The notes under the pieces are model-generated. The model was not told the DNA's origin, searched no databases, and saw nothing but the letters and a program-made list of their open reading frames with translations. A DNA stretch of 64,000 nt from a virus. Positions 31,353-40,757 of this stretch are shown piece after piece; position 1 is the stretch's first letter, and every line of letters starts with the position of its first letter. Position numbers and translations under genes: made by a program. The stretch lies in UHGV virus genome UHGV-1366976. One strand, given 5' to 3'.

Positions 31353-32006
31353 TTATTTATTTAATAAGTTATTGTCAATAAGTTGAATTAATCTTTTATG
31401 AAATTCTCCAATTTTCATCATTTCAGGATGCCCTTGGATTCCTAAACATTTTACAGGATTATTATATTTATCCTTAAAAAATAATACTACTTCAGGCTCT
31501 ACTGGAGGGATTTGTGAATATTGTTCATCTTCTCCATTAATATACTTGGTAGATCTTCTTTCAGTGCTCCATGCTTCAATACTATAATTTTCTTTTGGTA
31601 ATTCAAAAGGATATACCATTTGATGATGTAAAGAAGTAGTAACACATTGAAATCCATCTTTAAAAGTAATATTATGAGAGCATCCTGCATGATTAGATAC
31701 ATCTTGAATAACTCTACCACCACATAGACCACAAATTAATTGTAGTCCTCTACATATTCCTATCATTGGAATATTTAATTCTACTGCTTTTTTAAAGACT
31801 TCAATTTCAACTTTATCTCTATGTTCATTTCCCCAATATGTTCTAGAAATTTTTTCTCCATATATTGAAGGACTAATATCTGCTCCACCAGTAAACATTA
31901 TTAAATCAGCTTCTAGAATATCTCTAGTGATAACAGCTTCTTTATAGAAATCTAGTAACCAGTAAGCATATCCTACTCCATAATCTCCAGCTATATAAAT
32001 ATTCAT
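31353..32006 (-). CDS. Class I glutamine amidotransferase-like / peptidase C26 (gamma-glutamyl hydrolase-like)
   Basis: Catalytic-Cys motif GICRGLQL and His/Glu motif IQGHPEMM. FTGGADISP glycine-rich turn. Confidence 0.6.
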   Translation of the reverse strand: MNIYIAGDYGVGYAYWLLDFYKEAVITRDILEADLIMFTGGADISPSIYGEKISRTYWGNEHRDKVEIEVFKKAVELNIPMIGICRGLQLICGLCGGRVIQDVSNHAGCSHNITFKDGFQCVTTSLHHQMVYPFELPKENYSIEAWSTERRSTKYINGEDEQYSQIPPVEPEVVLFFKDKYNNPVKCLGIQGHPEMMKIGEFHKRLIQLIDNNLLNK

Positions 32007-32830
32007 TTTTTAAGTATGTTTAGTTTTAAAAATTTTTCTAATAAATCATTTTCTTCTTTTATATGTACAATTTTTAATATCACAGAAGACAATTCTACAT
32101 CTTTAATTGTAGAAAAACAATTAAACATACTAGAAGGCACAGATTTACTTCTTATTTTTTCTAGAAATTTTTTAACATTTGGAAGTTCACAATTATTAGG
32201 CCAAGCACTATGACCTTGTCCTGTAAGTCTTCTTTTAGCTGCTTCTAGATATAAAAGTTCATAAAAAGTAAAATGTTTAAAGAGAAAAGGTTTAGTTTTT
32301 TCATATGATAACACACTATTTAGAATAGGATTAAATGTGTTTTCATAACTTATTCTTACTAATGGTCCAAAATGCTTAAAAAATAACTGTCTTGCTTCAG
32401 AAGGTAGTTCTATAGGCTTACTAATATCAAAAGTGGCTTGATATCCATCTAATGTATTTTTTGGATACATTTCATCATATTTTTCTAAAGATCTGTCTAT
32501 TTTTCCTAATCTACCTGGAGAATCTGCAACAGCACATAGATAATCATAATTAGTATGATAATCTTCAAACTTTACTAATGGACATTCCATAATTTTACCT
32601 ATATAATCAAGATATTTTTCAATTTCTTTCTTAGGAGTAAAAGTATTATTGGTAAGACACAATTTAGATCCATCTGTAAAAATTCCTACTTTAACAAATT
32701 GATATTTTTCTCCTTCTGTTTGCAATTTAGCATTAAGAGAAGAATTAAATGCTCCCCAACAAGGACTTGCAGTATAATGATAATTAGTTCCTTTGTTAGA
32801 AACTCCAATAAGAGATGTAAATAAACTCAT
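32003..32830 (-). CDS. Hypothetical protein within amidoligase cluster
   Basis: 275-aa ORF, no motif recognised. Confidence 0.4.
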   Translation of the reverse strand: MSLFTSLIGVSNKGTNYHYTASPCWGAFNSSLNAKLQTEGEKYQFVKVGIFTDGSKLCLTNNTFTPKKEIEKYLDYIGKIMECPLVKFEDYHTNYDYLCAVADSPGRLGKIDRSLEKYDEMYPKNTLDGYQATFDISKPIELPSEARQLFFKHFGPLVRISYENTFNPILNSVLSYEKTKPFLFKHFTFYELLYLEAAKRRLTGQGHSAWPNNCELPNVKKFLEKIRSKSVPSSMFNCFSTIKDVELSSVILKIVHIKEENDLLEKFLKLNILKK

Positions 32831-33225
32831 GATTCTTTATTTGTTGTTAATTTTTTATGTTTAAATTCTGTCCAATCTCCACTTTCTACAACTTCCTCTT
32901 CATTTGTAATTTTTAGAGGAGATAAATAATAAACTAGATAGTCTTCATCTTCAATTTTAATATATTTTTTAGAATAAAAATCAGGATATCCTTCTAAGAT
33001 ATCTAAATTTCTTGCTGTTTTGTCATCTACTTTATATAATTCAAATACTACTAGATTATTTTCTTTTGTGGGTATTAGTGCAGGAAATCTATCTGACATA
33101 GAAATCATTTTAAAAGGAACTTCTACACTAACAGTTTTAATAAAGTCTGAATGAGACATTAAATAATGATTATACAGACCTTTTCTTAAAGAGCCATATA
33201 CAGCTACTTTATACTTGTTTTCCAT
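32827..33225 (-). CDS. Gamma-glutamyl cyclotransferase (AIG2/GGCT-like)
   Basis: N-terminal VAVYGSLRKG (YGSL+xG GGCT motif) and catalytic-Glu region ILEGYPDFY. 132 aa, typical size. Confidence 0.6.
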   Translation of the reverse strand: MENKYKVAVYGSLRKGLYNHYLMSHSDFIKTVSVEVPFKMISMSDRFPALIPTKENNLVVFELYKVDDKTARNLDILEGYPDFYSKKYIKIEDEDYLVYYLSPLKITNEEEVVESGDWTEFKHKKLTTNKES

Positions 33226-34186
33226 TTTCTATAAGTTCTTTAATTAATTCTTTAGTAACAGTTTTTCCAAAGTCTCTATGAAAATCTGAGATATCTTTAG
33301 ATTCAAAACCATCAGGTATTTCTACTTGAATTAAGTTATGAGTCTTTGCAATCTCAGTTGCATACATTCTTCCCCAATTATGAGATTTGTTAAAGTCATT
33401 ATCATACCATATAAAAACATTTTTAAATCTTTTCTTTAGATCATTGATTTTTTCTTTAGAAGGATTTCCAGTTTCACTTTGCATGTTAACAGAAGGATAA
33501 CTACTATTAGACATGATACACATAGAATCTTTTCTACTCTTGGTAATAATTACAACATCTCCAGAAATAGGAAGATGATTATACAAATCCCAAATACTGA
33601 AAGGAATATTAGAAGTCCATTTAGCACTTTTACTATAAGGTCTGTATATTTTATAATAAAATTTTGAATAATATTCTGTATATGCATAACAATAGTCTTT
33701 TGTGCTAAATAATTGGTTGTATTCTCCATCAATTAAATAATAATGTGAAATTGGATAAACCCCAAACTCTGTTAATCTTTTATGATCTACTCCATAAGTT
33801 TCCCAATATTCAATATCCTCTAAGTTAAGATCTCTAATTCTTATTTTAATTTCATATTCTTTCTCTTTTGGTGTGTAATTAAATCTATGACAAGCTATGT
33901 TAGATTCACATTTTACATCTGTTTTAGAAATTAATTCTGAAGCATCTGCTAATGTAGGCAATTGTAAAAAAGATTGAATTAATGAAACTATATCTCCATA
34001 TTCTCCACTAGCAAAATCTTTATAATAAATTTTACCATCAGGATTATAATAGATATAAAATGAAGGATGATTATCTTCCCTTAGAGGACTGTTGATTAAT
34101 TGGTTTACTGGTAATTCTCCTAAGAAATAAAATAATAACTTTAACTCATCTTTATTTCCTGTTGTTAGAGGTTTACCAATTAACAT
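33209..34186 (-). CDS. DnaG-like DNA primase with degenerate zinc-binding domain and TOPRIM domain
   Basis: SPLREDNHPSF...YKDFASGEYGDIV parallels the DnaG zinc ribbon CPFHxEKTPSF...YHCFGCGAGGD but with the Cys ligands replaced. TOPRIM-like VVIITKSRKDS ... FIWYDNDFNK. Confidence 0.5.
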   Translation of the reverse strand: MLIGKPLTTGNKDELKLLFYFLGELPVNQLINSPLREDNHPSFYIYYNPDGKIYYKDFASGEYGDIVSLIQSFLQLPTLADASELISKTDVKCESNIACHRFNYTPKEKEYEIKIRIRDLNLEDIEYWETYGVDHKRLTEFGVYPISHYYLIDGEYNQLFSTKDYCYAYTEYYSKFYYKIYRPYSKSAKWTSNIPFSIWDLYNHLPISGDVVIITKSRKDSMCIMSNSSYPSVNMQSETGNPSKEKINDLKKRFKNVFIWYDNDFNKSHNWGRMYATEIAKTHNLIQVEIPDGFESKDISDFHRDFGKTVTKELIKELIENGKQV

Positions 34187-34193
34187 ATCTTAA

Positions 34194-35033
34194 TTAAAAT
34201 GGAAGGTCATCATCATAAGGATCTTCTGATTTCTTTTCTTCTACTTCTTGTGGTTTAGCTGGTTCTGTTGTTTCAACTCTATATTCTTTTAATTCAAATG
34301 GATTCTCTCCATAGAAAGCATTAGATATATCTGAAATATCAGAAGCTAATTTACTATAGTCTGTAATCCAATTTCTCAAAGTAGATCTATTATAGACAGT
34401 TTGAAACATTTTACCATCTTTACCTTCTCTTACTCCACACAACACTTTAAAAGTTTGTTCTTTACCTTCAGCTAATTTTACTAGTTGATGTAGTTCTTTA
34501 AAGTTTCCTTTAAATAAAGCTGGCACATCTTCTATTTGACAATAAGCTTGAGTGAGATCTTTTTCTACTTTTCCAGGTTGTGGTAAATTAAACCAATTAG
34601 AAATAGTTTCTACAACACTAGCTTCTCCTCTATAAGCTAATCTTAGTCCTTCTGGTCTAAACCAAGGATATGCAGAAGTGTCTTTAGCTTTTAATTCTGC
34701 AGGTGTAATCCATGTAGAATGTCCAAAGATATTTAATACTTGTACTTTTCCTGAAGTTTTACTTGTCCAAGAAGATTTTACAATAGTTTGTTGAAGTCTA
34801 ACAACTCTTTCTCTAGCTACTGCATCTTTTATTTTAAGCCAGAATACAATATCTACAGTATCTTTTTCTCCATCTGGAAATTGCTGAGTTCTAACATAAA
34901 TAGGAGGTTCTACTTCTTTGCCAATAATTTTTTGTAATGTTTTCTGATCTGGGTTGATTGCTATTACTTCCACAGTTGCTACCCCCACTAAAGGAAAAAA
35001 TCCTCTACTTTCTTTTCTTTCTCCAATCAACAT
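34194..35033 (-). CDS. ssb: Single-stranded DNA-binding protein
   Basis: C-terminus DPYDDDLPF is the canonical SSB acidic tail (E. coli DDDIPF). N-terminal OB-like region. Confidence 0.55.
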   Translation of the reverse strand: MLIGERKESRGFFPLVGVATVEVIAINPDQKTLQKIIGKEVEPPIYVRTQQFPDGEKDTVDIVFWLKIKDAVARERVVRLQQTIVKSSWTSKTSGKVQVLNIFGHSTWITPAELKAKDTSAYPWFRPEGLRLAYRGEASVVETISNWFNLPQPGKVEKDLTQAYCQIEDVPALFKGNFKELHQLVKLAEGKEQTFKVLCGVREGKDGKMFQTVYNRSTLRNWITDYSKLASDISDISNAFYGENPFELKEYRVETTEPAKPQEVEEKKSEDPYDDDLPF

Positions 35034-35035
35034 AA

Positions 35036-35389
35036 TTATTTATTTTTATCAATTAATAATTTAATACAAGTTTTAAAGCTTTGAAGATAATTTCTATATA
35101 TAATTAATTCTTCTTCAGGCAAGTTATAACATTTATCTTGTTCTACTGTACAAAATTTTCTAGAATATTTATATAAGTCACCTTTTATAGTTGCATAGTT
35201 GAATTTCCAATCTTTAAAAGAATGTTCTTTACATTTTTCTATATCATATATCTTATAAAGATAAAGCACTCTTACAGTTAAAGGCAATGCTCTTTCTACA
35301 TTAGCAACATATACATTTCCATTATTGTCTACTAAATGCAAAGTATCATTTACATCAAAATTTAAATTAGAAGTTCCTCTTGCTTTCAT
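35036..35389 (-). CDS. Hypothetical protein
   Basis: 117-aa ORF. Confidence 0.4.
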   Translation of the reverse strand: MKARGTSNLNFDVNDTLHLVDNNGNVYVANVERALPLTVRVLYLYKIYDIEKCKEHSFKDWKFNYATIKGDLYKYSRKFCTVEQDKCYNLPEEELIIYRNYLQSFKTCIKLLIDKNK

Positions 35390-35392
35390 AAT

Positions 35393-36211
35393 CTATTTCT
35401 TCAAACTAGGATATACTCTATCCCAATAAGTTCTAACCTCTCCATTTTCATCTGACTCAGAAATAGTTATTGTTTGACCACTAAGATAAGGACATCTACT
35501 GCCTTCAGCACCAGAAAAAGATAGATTTAGTTTATTACCATCTCTAAAAGCATAAGCTATAGCATCAACTTTAGATGCATAAATATCTTTTACTTTACCT
35601 GTTAAAGCAATTTCTCTAGTATATACTTCTTCTGATAAATTTTGAGCAACATATTTATCCTTAACATGACAACAAAATATAGTTTTAGGACTTAGCCTAC
35701 AGATATTATCATATAATCTCATCATTACATCTCTAGAATGCATATATCCATATCCTTGAGGTAAAGCTGTTACTTTCTCAAATCTAGGATCTGATGGAGA
35801 TAATTTAGTTTTCTTATCTTTCTCATCTCTATTATATGATTTACCTTGAGGTTTATCCATATATTCTAAAGTTCCAATAATCTCAGACCATTCATCTAGT
35901 CTAGTAGTTGTATCTATAATTAGTGTCTCATATGGAGGAGTATATATTCCTTTTTCTTTATCATATCCTTCTTTCCATATAGCTCTAAGAATTTCCATGA
36001 ATTGTTCATATTGTTTTTCTAAAGGTAAATGTGTATCTACTTTAATTTTAACAGCATCAACAAAATCACTTCCATCCTCAGTATCAATAATAAGACTATT
36101 AGGCAACTGAGAAAAAATTGTTGTTTTTCCAGCTTTTGGTAAACTATAAAATAAAAGCCTTCTTGGTTCAATAACTGTTTTAGTGATAATCTTTTTTGGT
36201 AATTCTATCAT
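35393..36211 (-). CDS. Sak4-like RecA-fold ATPase (AAA_24 family)
   Basis: Walker A LPKAGKTT and the IIDTEDGSD motif typical of phage Sak4/AAA_24 recombination ATPases. Confidence 0.5.
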   Translation of the reverse strand: MIELPKKIITKTVIEPRRLLFYSLPKAGKTTIFSQLPNSLIIDTEDGSDFVDAVKIKVDTHLPLEKQYEQFMEILRAIWKEGYDKEKGIYTPPYETLIIDTTTRLDEWSEIIGTLEYMDKPQGKSYNRDEKDKKTKLSPSDPRFEKVTALPQGYGYMHSRDVMMRLYDNICRLSPKTIFCCHVKDKYVAQNLSEEVYTREIALTGKVKDIYASKVDAIAYAFRDGNKLNLSFSGAEGSRCPYLSGQTITISESDENGEVRTYWDRVYPSLKK

Positions 36212-37338
36212 AATCCTTTTTCTAATTTATAATTTCTCATTTTCTCTAAGCCTATATAATCATCTTTTTTAGGCAATTCTTTTATTCTACCAGTTTTTCC
36301 TTCTAATAGAACAGAAATATTACTATCTCCTTCAATATTTCTAGAAGCAACTATATGTACACTTCTATAACTATTTCCCCAATCTTTTAAGGAATATCCA
36401 AGATGAGAATCTAAATTTGGATAGACATTAGGATTTAATAAACCAATTACAAGATTAGCATCTTCTGATAAATTACCAGTACCTTTAAAATCAGCTCTTG
36501 TGGGAGCTAAATTATCTTTGGATACTTTTAATCTATCAATATTTTCAAGCTCTCTATTAAACTGTGATAAGACTATTATAGTCATTCCAAATAGATTTCT
36601 AAGAAAAACAAAACCTTCAGATAATTTATCTATATTCTCTTTTTCTGATAATCCAGGATTTCTTTTACATAATGCTACATGATCAACAATACATATAATC
36701 TTTTTCTTAGGATCATTAGGAATATATCCTACAATCCTTTGTTTAGTGATCTTATTATTGAATTCATCTCTTTCCACTATATTCTCTCTTAACACTTTAC
36801 CATTTCTTTCAGCCACTTCAAACATCATATTAAATATACTGCTTGGAGTTTCTTTATCTTGATAAAATGTAATTAATTTAGGAGAATCTTTCTTAGGAAT
36901 ACCATTTTCATCTAAATCTCCAAATAATCTCACAATATCTGTATCATAGATTTCATTTACTAGTTTTAGATGTTCTGGTGTTAATTTATCTTTACATCTT
37001 CCTAAGATATAGTTAGAATCACAATAAATTCCATATTTAATATCCATGAAGTATGCTACCCATTTAGCAATTTTTTCTACCAAATCAATCTCCATTGAAA
37101 AATAGTGATATTCAACAGGTTCATTCTTTGGTAAAATATCATTAATATATGGTTGTAAGATAAAACAATTATCTAGAAATGCTGTTTTACCTGATTTAGG
37201 TCCACCACCTATTACATAATAATATTTCTTTTGAACTCCATGAATATAAGCATTTAATCTAGGTAAACCTATATTTAAACCTTGATTTAAGCCTTTTAAT
37301 CCATCTTCTACAGCTCTTTTAAAAATATTATCTGTCAT
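36208..37338 (-). CDS. DnaB-like replicative helicase (RecA-fold ATPase)
   Basis: Walker A GGGPKSGKTAF, Walker B-like ICIVDHVAL, arginine-finger region. Follows the primase and Sak4 in the replication block. Confidence 0.6.
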   Translation of the reverse strand: MTDNIFKRAVEDGLKGLNQGLNIGLPRLNAYIHGVQKKYYYVIGGGPKSGKTAFLDNCFILQPYINDILPKNEPVEYHYFSMEIDLVEKIAKWVAYFMDIKYGIYCDSNYILGRCKDKLTPEHLKLVNEIYDTDIVRLFGDLDENGIPKKDSPKLITFYQDKETPSSIFNMMFEVAERNGKVLRENIVERDEFNNKITKQRIVGYIPNDPKKKIICIVDHVALCKRNPGLSEKENIDKLSEGFVFLRNLFGMTIIVLSQFNRELENIDRLKVSKDNLAPTRADFKGTGNLSEDANLVIGLLNPNVYPNLDSHLGYSLKDWGNSYRSVHIVASRNIEGDSNISVLLEGKTGRIKELPKKDDYIGLEKMRNYKLEKGL

Positions 37339-37886
37339 ATACTAATTTCTCTAATTCTATGTTCAACAACATTACCTTCTTTAATTGCCTCAATCTCTTC
37401 AGCTAATCTAGATATTTCATTTTTTTCAATAAAATATACTAATAGCTGCATATATTGCATATCTCCATATCTAAAAGAATCTACATAGTGTTTAGTAGCA
37501 TTTAATATCTCCTCTTTTGTATATTGAGGATATTTGGACATAAATCTTTTTAACTTAACTACTATATTAGCTAATGTTCCTCTCCATCTATAAATAGTTC
37601 CAGGTTTTGCTCCTTTAGGAAACATTTCAATCATTTCTTTAGCAAGAGAAATAATTTCATCTGATTTAATAGGACTATTTCTAGTAGAGACTAATTTCTG
37701 TCCTTTAGTTCTTAATACTATTTTACTATCAAGTATCTTTATGAATAAGTTCTCTTGTAGCTTTAGTAAATCATCAAAACTTTTTTCCACACATTCAGGA
37801 ATTAAGTTAGATTCTACTGTAGCTAATAACATAAATTGATTGACTGTTACTCCTGCTTCTACCAACCTCTCCAGTCTCAATTCCAT
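37335..37886 (-). CDS. Hypothetical protein (possible helicase loader/accessory)
   Basis: 183-aa ORF whose start overlaps the helicase stop. Confidence 0.4.
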   Translation of the reverse strand: MELRLERLVEAGVTVNQFMLLATVESNLIPECVEKSFDDLLKLQENLFIKILDSKIVLRTKGQKLVSTRNSPIKSDEIISLAKEMIEMFPKGAKPGTIYRWRGTLANIVVKLKRFMSKYPQYTKEEILNATKHYVDSFRYGDMQYMQLLVYFIEKNEISRLAEEIEAIKEGNVVEHRIREISI

Positions 37887-37887
37887 A

Positions 37888-38142
37888 TTAGTCCTCCTTC
37901 TCTAATTCTTTCAAGATCTTATTAGCAATAGCAATTCTCCTTTCATATTTCCTTCTAATAATCTCACTTACTAGAAAAATAGTTGTCTTTGGAGGAAGTT
38001 TTAGATTAATCAATTCAGTCAGACCCCATACTTTGTCTTCTAATGTTTTTACTTGTAATAACTCAGCAATTTTCTTTGCATTTTCTTTACCTAATCTTAC
38101 TACTACTCTTACATTAAAAATGTCTTTTCCATAACCCTTCAT
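37888..38142 (-). CDS. Hypothetical small protein
   Basis: 84-aa ORF. Confidence 0.4.
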   Translation of the reverse strand: MKGYGKDIFNVRVVVRLGKENAKKIAELLQVKTLEDKVWGLTELINLKLPPKTTIFLVSEIIRRKYERRIAIANKILKELEKED

Positions 38143-38220
38143 ATCTTCTTCACATTTTAAGATTGTTTATTTTTAAGTTTTTCTCTCCATAAATATGCAC
38201 TTTTAATGTTAAATAAATTA

Positions 38221-38535
38221 TTATTTTTCTATCAAAGCTAGAGATAATTGTAATGCTTTTGCTTCTGCTTTATCCATATGCTCTGTTAAAGAATTAGCTT
38301 CTTTTACAGTTCTTTCTATTTTAGCATCACATAGAGTATCTCTAATCTTTTTTAAATGATCCTCATTGTAGTCAGAAATAAATATTTTACTATTAGGAGT
38401 TCCATATATTATAGCTAACCTATAGTTTGTTCCAGTATCTACTATATCTTCTATATAATAAATAAGTTGAGTGTTTAACACTTCAGTTTTAATCCTACCA
38501 ATTTTAACTGGCTTACTTTCTATCTTTATTAGCAT
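38221..38535 (-). CDS. Hypothetical protein
   Basis: 104-aa ORF. Confidence 0.4.
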   Translation of the reverse strand: MLIKIESKPVKIGRIKTEVLNTQLIYYIEDIVDTGTNYRLAIIYGTPNSKIFISDYNEDHLKKIRDTLCDAKIERTVKEANSLTEHMDKAEAKALQLSLALIEK

Positions 38536-38685
38536 CTTCTTTAGGTATTTCTTTTAAATAATAATTAATAGCTTTTAAAGCATTATCTGGAAGCTGTTTT
38601 GCTTCATCACTGTTCTTTATATATTCTAGTACAGTACCTATTCCAAATATCTCATATAAAGTATTAGTACTTGGAGTAATAAGAA

Positions 38686-38898
38686 CTAATATAAGAAAGC
38701 ATATATTAGAAATAAATGCATTTTTGAGCCATTTTTAGCAGATTTCTTTTCAAAACCTTCATATTCTGGATTTGTATAACTCCACAACATTCCTAATATT
38801 GAAATACTGGCTATTGAAGATATAATCAACAATAGAATGAAAATAAATTTAATATTATCTGCACTTTCTATTAAATAAAGTAACCAGTAACTATTCAT
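38686..38898 (-). CDS. Small membrane protein
   Basis: 70 aa, two hydrophobic helices (FIFILLLIISSIASISILGML). Confidence 0.35.
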   Translation of the reverse strand: MNSYWLLYLIESADNIKFIFILLLIISSIASISILGMLWSYTNPEYEGFEKKSAKNGSKMHLFLIYAFLY

Positions 38899-39103
38899 CT
38901 TCTGAACATTTAATAATTTTTAAATTTTCTTTATTTACTAGTTGCCACCAACAAACTAAGCCACCTGGATCATCATTCTTAGACAGCAACTTAATAATTA
39001 TACTTTCAGCTTCTTCTAGAGAATCTGCTTCCCCAATTAAATCTTTCATTCCTCCTTTAGGATAAACATTGGCACTAAAAAAGATTAAAATCTTATTCTT
39101 CAT
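38891..39103 (-). CDS. Hypothetical small protein
   Basis: 70-aa ORF. Confidence 0.35.
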   Translation of the reverse strand: MKNKILIFFSANVYPKGGMKDLIGEADSLEEAESIIIKLLSKNDDPGGLVCWWQLVNKENLKIIKCSEDE

Positions 39104-39731
39104 AATAGTTTTTCTTTAAATAAAAATTAAATACTAACTTGTACCCATAGACTTTATCTATATTTTTTATAATAGTAAATAAGAATGTATATCTTTTAAA
39201 GATAAAAAGTTTATTATCCATAGTAGAAACTATATGAAATTTAGGTTTACAAATAGAAAGACAAGAAAAAGGAATTGCTAGTATAAAATCTTTTTTGTCA
39301 TAAATAGAATTTGTATTTCTTATTGTTACTTTAGTTTTATGTTTTATTAGATCTCTTATCCTAGATGCTGAATAACAATCTCTAATAAATAAAAGCTCAT
39401 AATGATAAGGTATTCTCCAAACAGTAGTTTCTATATTAGAGAAATCATATGTATCCTTATCATACTTCCAGAATTTATCATGAATTTCTTGTAATTCATA
39501 TGTAAAATTTTTCTTTAAAGAAGCTTGATAAGTGATATACATTATACTTGTAATAAGTGTATCTAAAATAAACATTCTATGTTGAAGTTTTTCAGCATAT
39601 ATAGAATTCTTTGTTAATTTCTTCAAAGTTCCTAAATATTCTATCTCCAATATCCAATGATAAGCTAACATTCTTAGAATTCTCCAACATCTTAACTTCT
39701 TTAAGATAAAAAATATTATTTTCTTTGTCAC
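39093..39731 (-). CDS. Hypothetical protein (start uncertain)
   Basis: 212-aa ORF overlapping the next ORF by 140 nt. The internal Met (MFILD, ~39575) would remove the overlap. Confidence 0.3.
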   Translation of the reverse strand: MTKKIIFFILKKLRCWRILRMLAYHWILEIEYLGTLKKLTKNSIYAEKLQHRMFILDTLITSIMYITYQASLKKNFTYELQEIHDKFWKYDKDTYDFSNIETTVWRIPYHYELLFIRDCYSASRIRDLIKHKTKVTIRNTNSIYDKKDFILAIPFSCLSICKPKFHIVSTMDNKLFIFKRYTFLFTIIKNIDKVYGYKLVFNFYLKKNYYEE

Positions 39732-40083
39732 ATATATAAGTATTTATGGTGAATAAAGTTATTTCTTCTTGGAAAGTACAATTTCTAATAGTACAGTTAT
39801 GATAAACTTCTTTCTTAGAATCTTCTATTGCCTCTTCTAATGTAAATAATTTTCCTCTCCAATATAATTCTCTTTTTCTTATTACAAATACTCCAACATA
39901 TTTAGAAGATTTACATCTACATTGTTTTCTTAAATTTGAATAATATGTATTGATTTCTTTACCAAGATAACTTCCCCAACCAATACCATAATCAAGTGAA
40001 AACAAATATTCTTGAATTTCTATTTCCTTATCTATATTAAAAATTATGTAATAAGAATGATTTCTTTCAATTTTAATATTCAT
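39592..40083 (-). CDS. Hypothetical protein
   Basis: 163-aa ORF with Cys-containing stretch NCTIRNCTFQ. Confidence 0.35.
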   Translation of the reverse strand: MNIKIERNHSYYIIFNIDKEIEIQEYLFSLDYGIGWGSYLGKEINTYYSNLRKQCRCKSSKYVGVFVIRKRELYWRGKLFTLEEAIEDSKKEVYHNCTIRNCTFQEEITLFTINTYICDKENNIFYLKEVKMLENSKNVSLSLDIGDRIFRNFEEINKEFYIC

Positions 40084-40279
40084 AAGGAATGATATGTATC
40101 TGATTTCCTATTTCTGCCACTTGATACATCTCTAAATAATTAGAATGTTCCCAATAATCTAGAGCTTCTTCTATAGAGTTAAAATGTCTAACTTCATCCC
40201 AGTTAGTAGAATAAATATTAGATTGAGGAGTTTTAAAGAATCTAAAATCTCCATTGTTAAATCCTAAAGGCCTTTTCAT
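40073..40279 (-). CDS. Hypothetical small protein
   Basis: 68-aa ORF. Confidence 0.35.
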   Translation of the reverse strand: MKRPLGFNNGDFRFFKTPQSNIYSTNWDEVRHFNSIEEALDYWEHSNYLEMYQVAEIGNQIHIIPYEY

Positions 40280-40280
40280 A

Positions 40281-40643
40281 TTAAATAACTACAGTGTTAG
40301 ATTTACTTCTAATAATTAAAATATTTTTTGGACTAAGTCCTAATAATTCACATATTTCTTCTTTAGTGATTATTTTTTGTTCTCTTTCAATAAGTATTCT
40401 CTTTAAATAATCTTCTCTTTTAGCAATACACCAACTATAATTTCCATATTTAGTCCATTCAAAAGATCCAGGGACAGATCCATTAAATTTAATGTCATTA
40501 GAAATGACATAAATTTTACCATCTTCCATGAATAAAATACCATGAGATACAGTTAAACCACCTTCTGTATAAGTTATATAAGCTTTATCTTGTCCAACTT
40601 CTTTTATATAATCAGACAATTTCTTTAATAAGGATTCTATCAT
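40281..40643 (-). CDS. Hypothetical protein
   Basis: 120-aa ORF. Confidence 0.4.
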   Translation of the reverse strand: MIESLLKKLSDYIKEVGQDKAYITYTEGGLTVSHGILFMEDGKIYVISNDIKFNGSVPGSFEWTKYGNYSWCIAKREDYLKRILIEREQKIITKEEICELLGLSPKNILIIRSKSNTVVI

Positions 40644-40757
40644 TTTTTCTTTGTGTTATAAGATCTTCTAAATTTCTTTACTTTGTAATTATTAATCTTC
40701 TCTTTAGATTGATAATTTTCAAAATAATCATTCTTCTTTCTAGCCATAATATCTATT

